Shown here piece by piece: positions 1 through 11,314 of a stretch of DNA of 64,000 nucleotides. The DNA is from Macrostomum lignano (Eukaryota): positions 20,906 through 84,905 of the forward strand of contig NIVC01000779.1 in the NCBI GenBank assembly GCA_002269645.1. The letters run 5' to 3'. The notes below the pieces were generated by a model. That model was not told the origin of the DNA, made no database searches, and saw only the letters and a program-made list of their open reading frames with translations. The position numbers were made by a program, and so were the translations under genes. Each line of letters starts with the position of its first letter. The first letter of the stretch is position 1.

Positions 1-320
1 CATATATAGTAGCAAAGGATTTCCCACAGATTCTCTGACCATAGATGGAAGCAGGGATTCCCCACAGGTTCTCTGACCTATATGGAAGCAGGATTCCCCA
101 CCGATTCTCTGATCATATATAGTAGCAAAGGATTTCCCACAGATTCTCAGACCATATATGGAAGCAGGGATTCCCCACAGGTTCTCTGACAATATATGGA
201 AGCATGGATTCCCCACAGGTTCTCTGACCATATATGGAAGCATGGATTCCCCACAGGTTCTCTGACCATATCTGGAAGCAAAGGATTCTCCAAAGGTTCT
301 CTGACCATATATGAAAGCAG
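1..320. repeat. Minisatellite, ~38-bp unit (catatatggaagcagggattccccacaggttctctgac), cut by window edge
   Basis: About 8 diverged tandem copies visible. Confidence 0.9.
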
Positions 321-954
321 TGATTGTGCTGTTGCTAACGTTCTTTAGTTTAAGTAAAAATTGAGTACAGTGGAAAACTTTCTCTTTAAATTCTAATCAT
401 AATAGTCTGCTTTTTTGTTACTGCTTTTGTCAACCTCAGCATAAAACCCTGAGAAGTAAACTAGGCGGTAAGTTACAATTAATGATATATTCTTTACTAC
501 ATAGATAGATAGATTGCTGGTATATTAAAGTAGGGCATTAGTATGGTTATTGTTTTCATCAAACCTTTGCCTTGTTCCACTAAACAGTTGTGCGCATACA
601 AGCATAAAAAAGATTTGGTTCCTGCATTAAAGAATCGAAACTAATCCAAGCCAGTCGCAAGCTTTCGCGCGCTTAGTTGAGAAAACCTGCATTCAATTGA
701 AGAATGGTGGCTTCAAGTGATCAGTCGCTGATTAAACAAACGGGATATCGTCAACAGAGCCAACCCCTGTCATCTTCACAGTGGCGCTTTCATAAATCCG
801 AAATTTCACAATGCTGGAACTTCACAGTCTCGAAATTTTATAAACTTGAATTTTCACAACGCCAGGATTTCACATCAAAAATAAAAAAATCAGCATACTT
901 AAAAAACTCGAATTTTCACAAACCCCAAATTTCAGAAAGTCGAATAGTCTCCTA

Positions 955-1185
955 TCTCTCCAGTGTATTTCGACGTTGTGAACTTTATGGTTTGTGAAAA
1001 TTCGGGTTTGTGACGACCCACCTCTCCAGTGTATTTTGACATTGTGAACTTTCGGGTTTGTGAAGACTCACCTTTCCAGTGTATTTCGACATTGTTAACT
1101 TTCTGGTTTGTGAAAATTCGGGTTTGTTAAGACTCCCATCTCTTCAGTGTATTTCGACATTGTGAACTTTCGGGTTTGTGAAGCG
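955..1185. repeat. Degenerate ~60-bp tandem repeat (tccagtgtatttcgacattgtgaactttcgggtttgtgaa core)
   Basis: Four recognisable copies of the core. Confidence 0.75.
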
Positions 1186-2219
1186 ACTCCTTTCACAGAC
1201 ACCCTGCCCCAGCGTTGCAGCCGATCAGCTCTCACTGTCACCTTGAACCTGCGCCTGATCATATACTCCTACACTGTCTTCAGTCTGATGTCTAGCATCT
1301 TACCTCTCTCGATAGTCGCAATGACCAACGCGTATACTTCACATTCGAAATTCTGTGGCAGGTATGAGTGGATTTTGACAGCGCTAGTCTTGAATCGTGC
1401 GAAAATTTTCTCAAATCGAATGCAAGTTTTCTCAACTAGCTATACTAGCGGAATTATTTTCCTCTATATGAGATGGATGCAGCTAGACTTTGAGCCAATA
1501 TAGCGGTCAATGATGACTGATATGTGCATTTGTTATATAATTTTTCCTGTGTACATTTTCTAATAAATCTGTGCTTGTATCCCTGTGAGTAGACTGGTCC
1601 AGTTGCGATTTTTGCTGTTTAGGAACAGAAATACAGCCGATTTTCGCCCTAATTACCCTAATCTCCTACTCAAGCTGAATAAAATTTTTATTGCTCACTT
1701 AGAAACCTTGGTAGACAAAAATTTGATGCTACTGTTACATTTGGTAGAGCTGCTTATTTAGCACACGAGAAATTATTACAGATGAAATGCTTTTATGGTA
1801 GTTATGGTTTAGACAGAGTAGACAGTCTGACTTCTCGCGCCACGACCCCCTGAATCTGATTTGATTGGACGAGAGATGGGGTGGATGAACTGATTGGTCA
1901 CTTAGACAGAGAGTATGATGTACATTGATTGCGCGTGGCGAGGGACAGTTGAATTGACCATTAGATATTAGACTAGCAAAATCTAGTGCTCCCCCTTCTG
2001 GGCGCCCAATAATCAAGGGACAAAAATTATTAACGTGATGAATCCTGTTTTCTTTGACACCTAAACAATTCCCCCCCCGTAAGCCTTGACCTCTCAGCAA
2101 TTCCTGAGTCAAGTACGAGTAAGCCTTGACTTGCGTCAGAGCGCCCTCCTGAGAATGCTGATTTCACTATACCAGCAACTGAAAGCAATATTGCAACACG
2201 CCGCCTCATCCAAACGCAG

Positions 2220-2648
2220 CGCTGGTCTCTGATAGCCGTAGTGCTGCTCATCTCAACCGGGCTGCTGTTATTCACTTACAAGAGTACGCAGTTTCACACT
2301 GGCGGATTCCTGCTCGTACTATTGGCCTCGTTTGTGTCCGGCGCCAGGTGGACAGCGGCTCAGGTTGCTACGCAACGGGCAGAATTAGGCTTAGCCAATC
2401 CCGTTGACATGATCTATCATGTGCAGCCCTGGATGATCCTGGCACTGCTGCCTCTGGCCGTGGTGTTTGAAGGCGTCGAAGTCGGCACCACGGCGAACGC
2501 TTTTCGGGCCGACTCCGCCGAGGCGGCTCTGCGCACCCTGGGTGCCCTCACTGGCGGAGCCCTGCTGGCCTTCGGGCTGGAGTTCTCCGAGTACCTGCTC
2601 ATCCACCACACCAGCTCGCTCACGCTGTCCGTGTCCGGCATATTCAAG
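2220..2648 (+). CDS. SLC35C2: SLC35C2-like nucleotide-sugar transporter, internal exon
   Basis: Acceptor cgcag|c at 2219/2220 and donor aag|gtaatc at 2648/2649. Translation RWSLIAVVLLISTGLLLFTYKSTQFH...AELGLANPVDMIYHVQPWM...FSEYLLIHHTSSLTLSVSGIFK matches recalled SLC35C2 motifs (FTYKSTQF, GL.NP.D...H.QP, TSSLTLS..GIFK). Confidence 0.88.
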
Positions 2649-2660
2649 GTAATCATATTC

Positions 2661-3057
2661 ACTGACTGACTGACTGACTGACTGACTGACTGACTGACTG
2701 ACTGACTGACTGACTGACTGACTGACTGACTGACTGACTGACTGACTGACTGACTGACTGACTGACTGACTGACTGACTGACTGACTGACTGACTGACTG
2801 ACTGACTGACTGACTGACTGACTGACTGACTGACTGACTGACTGACTGACTGACTGACTGACTGACTGACTGACTGACTGACTGACTGACTGACTGACTG
2901 ACTGACTGACTGACTGACTGACTGACTGACTGACTGACTGACTGACTGACTGACTGACTGACTGACTGACTGACTGACTGACTGACTGACTGACTGACTG
3001 ACTGACTGACTGACTGACTGACTGACTGACTGACTGACTGACTGACTGACTGACTGA
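2661..3057. repeat. (ACTG)n microsatellite, ~99 units
   Basis: Perfect tetranucleotide run starting 12 nt into the intron. It explains the SQSV-repeat ORFs. Confidence 0.98.
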
Positions 3058-3255
3058 AAAAAATAGAAGAGAGACAATGGCCTGAAAGACCTGCGTTAAC
3101 TGGGTCCCTTGTGGGCCACACTGTGTTCTTACTTCTAAAGCTAGAATGTGTTAGTGAGTGCCTAAATAAGTGAATTTCTATCTTTAATGCTCAAATTTAT
3201 CAAATTATAATGGCAAGAAAACTGTAATGTTTGTTTAATTCTCTTCAATTCCCAG

Positions 3256-3385
3256 GAGATCTGCACTATCTATCTGGCGTCGCAGATCCACTCGGACCCA
3301 ATCACTGTGGTTAATTGGATTGGCATGTTCACCTGTTTAAGCGGCATCGGGCTGCACTGCGTACTGAAATTTGGTCGCCAAGCGC
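3256..3385 (+). CDS. SLC35C2: SLC35C2-like exon (last conserved TM pair)
   Basis: cccag|GAG acceptor, phase 0 matching the previous exon. Translates EICTIYLASQIHSDPITVVNWIGMFTCLSGIGLHCVLKFGRQA, donor c|gtgagt. Matches the recalled SLC35C2 KEVCT...NWLG...CLSGISLH region. Not in the ORF track. Confidence 0.85.
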
Positions 3386-3665
3386 GTGAGTTACATTCAA
3401 TGCAACACGAATTCTTGGAAGATTTCCCGTGAAAAAAACTAGTGCACTTTTATTTCTAGTTTATTGTATGGTTTCTACAAGGACTACTCAAGTAGAAGGA
3501 TGGGAAACTGTTTCAGGTTTTGCTGAAACATACGCTATGGAGATGAGAGGTTTTCATTTTTCAGCACAAAAATTATTGCTTTTGATGGGAGGCAGACCCA
3601 ATGTTCATCTTTTAATGACTTGCCTTTCTTATGACTTTATGGATATTCATAAAGCTTTTCGTTTA

Positions 3666-3960
3666 GGTGGTTGTAGCCTGGTGGTTAGAACGTCGGACTC
3701 ACGATTTGAAGGTCCGGAGTTCGATTCCCGATCCCACTGGAACAATTTGTGCCCTTGAGCAAGACACTTAACTCTGAATTGCTTCAGTTCACCCAGCTGT
3801 AAAATGGGTGCCAGCATTAGCTGGGATAATTGAGGGTGTGTGTGGCGACCTCCCAGCCCTTGGACTGAACAGCCGTACGCAGCCTTCAGATGCGCCGCGC
3901 AATAGCTGCGGCTGAGCTGTCGGTTGCACATCTGGACATTAAGGTGTAATCAATCAATCA
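3666..3960 (+). mobile_element. tRNA-derived SINE with CORE-like central domain
   Basis: Pol III A box (tagcctggtggttagaac), B box (ggagttcgattccc, ~3716-3729), CORE/MIR-like segment ccttgagcaagacacttaactc...cagctgtaaaatggg, and (aatc)n tail. Confidence 0.75.
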
Positions 3961-4392
3961 ATTCTATGTTAATTTTATATCAAACGCACATTCGGACATG
4001 TACTGTGCCTAAAATCATAAAAATGGCACAGCTCGACACAGGTGTTTTGTGAATCAATTTTATTATTCTTAGCTTAATTACAGTGTGTAGCAAAATGCTA
4101 ATAAATCATTAGTTAGTAGGCAAAATATATGTTTAAGTAAAGGATAACGCAGATTTGCTTTTCCGCTACTCTTAGTAGCTTTTGTGCCGGAAATGTTATA
4201 GGGTTGTGGGGATTTCCCATGCCATAAGTACTCCATGTTTATGTTCACAGATGACTCAAAATTAACAATTCATAGAAATCTTAAAACTTAGAAAATCTCG
4301 ATAACTAAAACTAAGTTTCGCGTCCTACTTAAATCGTTCTTAGATTCTTAGCCTTCAAAACTATTCGAATTCTTCGCTAATCCAATTTTCAG

Positions 4393-4486
4393 GCCTGGAG
4401 ATTCGCAGCGCTCGAACAATTACTTCGCTGGCTAAAGTTGTAGGCTATTTAGCAATTTTATTGATTATCGCCAATCTGCTACTTGG
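4393..4486 (+). CDS. Putative additional SLC35C2 3' exon (hydrophobic tail)
   Basis: ttttcag|gc acceptor and gg|gtgagt donor. Open only in the phase-1 frame required by the upstream exon (LEIRSARTITSLAKVVGYLAILLIIANLLLG). Joining to ttgcag|c at 4635 gives GII*. No homology support. Confidence 0.35.
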
Positions 4487-5244
4487 GTGAGTAGTATGCT
4501 AAATGCTAATAATTTGATCGGTTAGCTATATTTAGATGCTTAAAAGTCTATGTTAGTTATATACACGTTCTCGTATTGCACCTTAGAAATCGTAAAGTAC
4601 TACTAATGCATTAAATCTCCCTCTCCATTTGCAGCATCATCTAGTTGTCCGCACGATCTGTGACTATATCATTTAAATAAATAACGCGTGCACAAGGTAA
4701 TTAATTACCTTTGATTTTTATCCTGCTATATCGTATTCCAATGCGTTCTTGTTATCGAATTGTCAGAATTCTGGCAAATGATGTTATTTAATGTGCCTTC
4801 CATTTGCTTATTACTCGTAATAAGTTAAAATACTGGTTTTTCTTCTTCAATGCTATTTTTAATACAGGTACAAGTAAATTGGATTTTAATTGTTAGTTAT
4901 CAACTTTTTCATTAACACTTTGCATGCCTCTTTCTATCCCATAATATATATCGTAATAGATGTATTTGTTCAACTCTTTTAGATTGCATTTTCTACTTTA
5001 ATTACGTATGCTCCACTTTGGCATCGAATAGATTACCTTATTGATTGATGTGTACAATAATACAGTACAGGCGGATTGTGTTGTGTTTATTAATTAGGGT
5101 TAATTTCAATCCAATTTAGTGCTTAGTTTATGAATTGGTTTTGGTTCTGTTTAACATTGTAGTGTGTAGTGCCTGAGTGTCTAGCTGTATATCAAGGCTT
5201 TGTCATTATTTTTTTTGTGAATGGATTCTTATAATTTAGTAAAC

Positions 5245-5500
5245 CACTGTAAACACCCCAATTATCATTTAGTGCAGCGCCACCCACCCCCAATTATCAT
5301 TTGTGCCGCCAGCCCACACCCCAATTATCATTTAGTGCAGCGCCACCCACCCCCAATTATCACTTGTGCCGCTAGCCCACACCCCAATTATCATTTAGTG
5401 CAGCGCCACCCACCCCCAATTATCACTTGTGCCGCTAGCCCACACCCCAATTATCATTTAGTGCAGCGCCACCCATCCCAAATTATCATTTGTGCCGCCT
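5245..5500. repeat. 63-bp tandem repeat made of two related ~31-bp subunits, ~4 copies
   Basis: 21-aa periodicity in ORF 5221-5502. Confidence 0.9.
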
Positions 5501-5575
5501 AGTAGCTCTTCGAGTTTTGTGGACTTTTTCACCCCTTAGCTTATGAATTTATCATTATTTATATTATAACGCGGT

Positions 5576-5576
5576 A

Positions 5577-5602
<26 letters not shown>
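5576..5602. repeat. (CA)n microsatellite
   Basis: Direct reading. Confidence 0.9.
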
Positions 5603-5607
<5 letters not shown>

Positions 5608-6422
5608 CGTATTATTCAATATCACTCAGTGTAAAAAGATTATAATTGACTCGTTTTTCGGGACTTCCGCATAGCTACTTTTTTTTCTAATGTCATTCTC
5701 AGATTTCACGGTGGACTAATTTTATAGTTTATAATTTATGCATTACTTGTAAGTCAGTTAAATATATAAATGCACTTGCAAACAGAGCTGATTTAATTTC
5801 AATTCTGTATATCTATTACGCGCCATGACGTGATCGGATCAGCTTTCAATTTTATTAAATCATTTTCGTAATTATTAACTATTTATATAGGCTACTCACA
5901 AGTAGTATCATACATGAACCCGCGAGATAATGGTTAAGTACTCGTAGTACGATTCCAGTGCATTACTCGAGACGATTGCTACTAATTAAATTGCTAGGTC
6001 AATGCAGATCAGTTTATTTATAAGTAAAAGGAAAATAAGCGAAATAAATATAGTTATAACAAAATACATAGCAACAGAGAAGAAAGTTTTTGTAGAGTTT
6101 TACATAAAATTAAACGCAAGAAATATAAAAATTAAAAATACGTGTGATAGGATGGAAAATACAAACAAATTACAAGTAAAGTTAATTAAAGATTATTCGA
6201 TAATTCGATAACATGTAAACGAATAATAGCATGACTAAAATGCCTGGCATGAACAATAGCAGTTTCGAAATATTTTAGGAAAAATAGCACCTCAAATAAT
6301 TATACTCCGACTCCGTATGCTTCTAACAAAATGTGCATTGTGGACTTGGCATTCATGGTTATGGTCCTAATAGTCGATTAATATTTCAACTAAATTGGGG
6401 CAGTTACTTATCTCATAGGAGA

Positions 6423-6808
6423 TCACAGAGTCCCTCAGATTCTTGGGTCAGTGAGTCACAGAGTCCCTCAGATTTTTGAGTCAGTGAGTCACAGACCCTT
6501 AGATTCTTGAGTCAGTGAGTCACAGACCCTTAGATTCTTGAGTCAGTGAGTCACACAGAGTCCCTCAGATTCTTGGGTCAGTGAGTCATAAATTCCCTCA
6601 GATTCTTGAGTCAGTGAGTCACAGACCCTCTGATTCTTGAGTCAGTGAGTCACGGACCCTCTGATTCTTGAGTCAGTGAGTCACAGAGTCTCCCTAATTC
6701 TTGGGTCAGTGAATCACAGACCCTCTGATTCTTGAGTCAGTGAATCACAGACCCTCTGATCTGGGGTCAGTGAGTCACAGAGTCCCCCTAATTCTTGGGT
6801 CAGTGAAT
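6423..6808. repeat. 31-33-bp minisatellite containing TGAGTCAGTGAGTCA
   Basis: About 12 units such as gagtcagtgagtcacagacccttagattctt. Confidence 0.9.
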
Positions 6809-6901
6809 ATACGGCTGTTTATATCCCATTGCATAATTGAGTAGAGCTGTCGGGAGGATCTTACTGCGTCAATTAAAGAGTGAAATTTATATGTTGACCC
6901 A

Positions 6902-7474
6902 TTAGCCCTGCTCCGAGAGAGCATACCCGGGCACAGGTGTGGCAGAGTGATACCACATTGAGTCGTTGGCCGAGGCAGACGCAGACTTGGAAGTCGCGGA
7001 CCTGCTGCGGCCGCACGGCAGAGTCAGCCTGGTCAGCTTGCAAGCCGGCCGCAGTCGGAAATGCGGCCTGGGTCGGAATGGCGCCGATGGTGGCGTTTTA
7101 GCGGCACTGGTGCGCGGCATACGCAGCAGAACGTGCATGCTGGTTAGAGGGATGGCATCTGCTAGGCCGGATACCCCTAGCAACCGGCTGAAGACCAGCT
7201 GGCGCTGCTGTCTGCTGGCCGCGCCAACTTCCAAATCGTCATCAGATTCGTCTCCGTCAGCATCCTCATCGCTGCTGTAGTTCTCTTTGTCATCTTCATC
7301 ATGAGCCTGTTCGGCCTCGAACTCGGAGGTGTCAGCAAATTCTAACAGCACGGCTTGGTCCAGACTGAGCAGGCTGGGGCCGAATGCCAGCATGATGGCG
7401 TCAGAGTGCGAACTGGCGTGCAGAACGGCTGGCACCACTTCAGCCAGGCAGCGAAGCATTCGCTCCTGGTGCAC
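6902..7474 (-). CDS. MAD2L1BP: MAD2L1-binding protein (p31comet)-like, terminal exon
   Basis: Acceptor ggccag|GTG, phase 0. C-terminus FRPRPHFRLRPACKLTRLTLPCG...NDSMWYHSATPVPGY resembles recalled p31comet FRPKLNYRVPSRGHKLTVTLSCG...EDYIWFQAPVT.KGF. MLAFGPSLLS resembles FILFGGTALS. Confidence 0.68.
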   Translation of the reverse strand: MHQERMLRCLAEVVPAVLHASSHSDAIMLAFGPSLLSLDQAVLLEFADTSEFEAEQAHDEDDKENYSSDEDADGDESDDDLEVGAASRQQRQLVFSRLLGVSGLADAIPLTSMHVLLRMPRTSAAKTPPSAPFRPRPHFRLRPACKLTRLTLPCGRSRSATSKSASASANDSMWYHSATPVPGYALSEQG

Positions 7475-8743
7475 CTGGCCAGGGAGTTGCAATTGAAGTA
7501 AACATTGTCAAGTCACATTCACATTTTTCAGGATGCTTATCATGTACGCAAATCTATATTTTAATAACTTAGTTCATCACAAATGTCACTTGCAGCAATG
7601 CACTTATCTACTCTTCTTCAGCAGCAAAGCCACCAATTTTTTGCATTTATAATAGTAAAATAGAAATATTATTTGTTTTTTCCTGATATTTAAAGTTGCT
7701 AAAGCTGCTAAAATTGTCTTTGCCTTTCCACAATTAGCATCAATGTATGCACTGTTTCAACAACCCCAGGCTGATTTAGATTAGAAATTATTGAAAACTA
7801 AATAAATTTAAGACATAGAAAACTTCCCTTTCTGTGTACAAGTTTGAAATGCTTATAACTATTGGCAGACACATGGCATTGCAATAAAATTTTATGCTTC
7901 AATAAAACAAATTTGAAAGAGAATATAAATAAAAATTTAACTTATTTAATAAACAATCCTATTGTCCACAATGAATACAGTCCAACAAACTTCACAACAC
8001 CCCTTGTATAAATCAATGCTACTAAAAGATTTTGAATATAAGTAGCTCTCAATTTTCTTACCAATTATTCTATTTACTTTTCAACCAAGTTATACATATG
8101 GCATTATGGTATAACTTTATCTTTTAACTTTAATTTGACTATTCTGTTAACTTTATTCATCAAATTGTCTATATAATTTTTTCAACTATTCTATCAACTT
8201 TTCCATTAACTATTTTATAAACTTTTATGTTTACTGAATAGAGAGTGATTTTTGCACAATTCATTTTTGTAACTTTTTGATACATGCTTTGATTGAGAAA
8301 TCAAGCATGTTAAAATTTGCAGCCAAACATATTTACAAAAAATAAAAATCATTTTAGTAGAATAAAATAAATTTAAAAACTGAAAATTGATAGTGTTGGG
8401 CACTAGTCAGTTAATAAGTGTTAATATGTTAAGTTATACTTATATATAGATATATGCTTATTTATTTAAAGATAAAAAATATCAAAAAAAATTTTTATGC
8501 AATTGGTTTTAGCATGCCAAAACCAATACAGCCAATTATAAAAATATTATAATAATTCTAATATGCTTAATTTGTTAAATAGATTTAATTATATGAGAAA
8601 CACTATTTTTAAAAATATATTTTTAGGATTCTAAGAACTTAAATTAGGTCTAGGCCTACACTACCTAGACTGCTAGACATGAGCCTAAAATATATTTTAT
8701 TTTATTTTATAAAATTAATTTTATTATAATTTATAACACTTAC

Positions 8744-9421
8744 ATTTCTTTTAATATGTAGAATTGGAGATGGAGCTACACATTGAATTGCAAAGCTTTT
8801 TTTGGCTGATTCTAGTAGTGAATCAAATGTTTGAGAAAAACCAATTGAGATATTCATAGAAATTGAATCAAATGTCTCATTAATAAAAGATACATGGAGC
8901 TCATCTTTAGCATGAACGAATTCACACATAGGCTTTTTGCTTGAAATAGCTAACAATGGAGCCTTAAGATTTGCTGATTTAGCCTTTCCTTTGCATTCAA
9001 TGGGACTTGTATAACAAGTGAACAAGGTAGTAGAATTCACTTTGTCAGTATAATTTTTACTTTGCAAGGTTTGCAATTTATGCTCAACTGGACTTGCAAA
9101 ACATGTAAACATAGGTTTAGCCTTAGCGTTGGATGAAGGTGGAAAAAAATTTTTTGCTGGTGTAACAGACAGTGTTGTTGACATATGAAGACTGTTGCCA
9201 GAATTCGACACTGGTTTCTTCTCGTCTTTGGGCTTGGATAGTTTGTCAGGAGCAGGAACTAGCATCTTGACTTCCTTTTCAACTTCTTTAAAAGAGGGAC
9301 ATTGGCCCTTGATGAAAAACACAAAGGCAATTAAATCACACAGGAAAACAGACTTATTGGCGCAACGGTATTCAGGAAGAACGAGGTCTGCCTCGGGTTC
9401 GTTGCTGTTGCAGTTCATCAT
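8744..9421 (-). CDS. MAD2L1BP: MAD2L1BP-like, first coding exon
   Basis: ATG at 9421. LVLPEYRCANKSVFLCDLIAFVFFIKGQCP resembles recalled p31comet VFP...CCQFTCELLKHIMYQRQQLP. Strong donor aat|gtaagt at 8744, phase 0, joins in frame to 7474 (~416 aa in total). Confidence 0.6.
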
Positions 9422-10968
9422 AGAAGATTCAATTAATTAAAAAAATTTATTAAAAACAGTCAGTTCTGGTGAAGTTTCTTTGTTGGAACGCTAAAGTTAA
9501 ATGGATTACGGGACGATTATCCTCTAAATCTTGTTTGCAAATACAAACGTCGTGTGCGCACACGTGCACGTTCTATGACCAGATTTTCGCGCTTTAAGAT
9601 TTTTCAAAAAATTAAATAAGTTTAAGGTTTAACAAATAAAGCAAAGTATTACCAATACTGCAAATGTTAAAGTTTTTTATTTAATTTAATTTTCTAAGCA
9701 AAATCATAAATAAAAATTACTTTTTGCTCCAAGTCACTCACAAAAAGTGTAAAAATGCGAGTTTGCACTAATTCAAGTTGCTCTAAAAAGTTCTAAAAAA
9801 TTAAATCTTAAGCAGTTTGTGAAATGAAATGTAGATTTCCTTTTCTTCTAAATTAGTTTTTTATGTTTAGGGCTTAATTCTGTCTCAAAAAGCTGCCACT
9901 AAAGTTTTCACAGGCATGTCTATTGGAAACTTAGTTAGGAAAGTAGTTACTTGTCTAAAATTAATTTCCTTGGATTATCTTCTTAGCAATCTTAGAATTA
10001 GAAATTAGTAATTCTTAGAATTATAGGGTCTGGGTCTGGGTATGAGTCTGAATATAGATCTAAGAGGTCTACAAACTTTGCTAGCCAAGAAAGTTGCCAG
10101 CTGAAGGTTGTTAGCCAAGAAATTTTCCTGCCAGAAGCAGAATGTTGCTAGCCATAAAGTTGCTAATTGAGAAAACTTGTGGGCCAATTGTATATATTCT
10201 GCAATAAAGTTCAGAATTGAGAATTTTAGCAGTTATCTAATCGAATAAATGATTTTAAAATTAGCCCCTTAGAAAAAAATATGAAGTATGGGCCTAGTGT
10301 GCAGAATAATGTGTGGAATAACATGCAAAATAACATACATAATGTTACACTCACTAGACTAAGATATACCCTTGTCTTGTTTTTAAATATATATTCAGTT
10401 GCTAAAAGTTAAATAACATAAAGGTTTTTTATAGAGCTTAGTCTAGTAAAAAATGAATCAGTAGGCCTATTCTGCATGTTATTCTAGATCTTATTTTATA
10501 CTTTATTCTGCAAATCTACTTTATTACTTTATTTATTATGCAATACTTGGTTTCCTAGCTTTATGTTTGGTACTAAAAACTACTAAACCAGGCTACTAAA
10601 GTATTGAAAACAAATCCTATCTACCAAATCCCATATACTAAATTGTTTTGTTGGTATCTATGCCAGTTCTCTCAATTCAACTTACTAACTGCTCTGTTTC
10701 TTTGATTTAAATTTGTTTGTTTGTATATTTTATTTCATTTTTGTTAGTTAATTAACGGACATAGGTTTTTCAAATATTATAGTATGTATGATAGTAATTT
10801 TTTAATATTATAGTAAGTTTTTTAGCCAATACATTAGTTTTTGTTTATTTAATGTTAGGAATTATTATTTATATTAATTAAAGCATAAACTTTTTTCAAG
10901 CTCTTGTTATTTCTAATATTGTGCAGTCTCAGTCTTAGCCTCAGCCTCTAGACAATGCCAATAAGTAG

Positions 10969-11241
10969 CTAAGGCACTAATATAAAGTTTTTCAACTTTA
11001 GTATGATTAGCAAAGTTGTAGCAATCCAATTTTTCGCTTGTAGGTAAGATTGTATCACAACAAGTGCCTTGATAATGTGCAAAACAAGGCTGGTATACTT
11101 TTTTGTCACTATATTATTTAGATCAATAAACATGCATTTAACTTTGTCATTCCCATGTGGGAGTACAAGTAGGGCTTGCATTATACACATGAGAAGTGGC
11201 CAATTGCCAGCAGAAAAAACTTTGTTCCAGAAGCTTATCAC
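10969..11241 (-). pseudogene. hAT transposase C-terminal dimerisation-domain remnant
   Basis: FWNKV...WPLL..IMQALLVLPHGNDKVKCMF.DLNNIVTKK resembles the hAT FW...YP.L...LL.LP.SNA.VER.FS motif, with the key residues decayed. Confidence 0.65.
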
Positions 11242-11314
11242 ATTTGTATTCTCACTAATAGAGAAATCTATAGCATTACTGGCAATGTCCTACTAATGAA
11301 GTCTAGTCTCAATC

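Noticed and set aside
1147-1503. 118-aa ORF with a donor-like site (ggcag|gtatga), considered as an upstream SLC35C2 exon
   Set aside because: No frame resembles the expected SLC35C2 sequence (SNWS...SLYTMTKS).
2391-3121. Long SQSV-repeat ORFs on the minus strand
   Set aside because: Translations of the (ACTG)n microsatellite plus the antisense of the SLC35C2 exon.
3666-3740. Possible tRNA gene
   Set aside because: No closable acceptor stem or Pol III T-run terminator; it continues into a SINE body.
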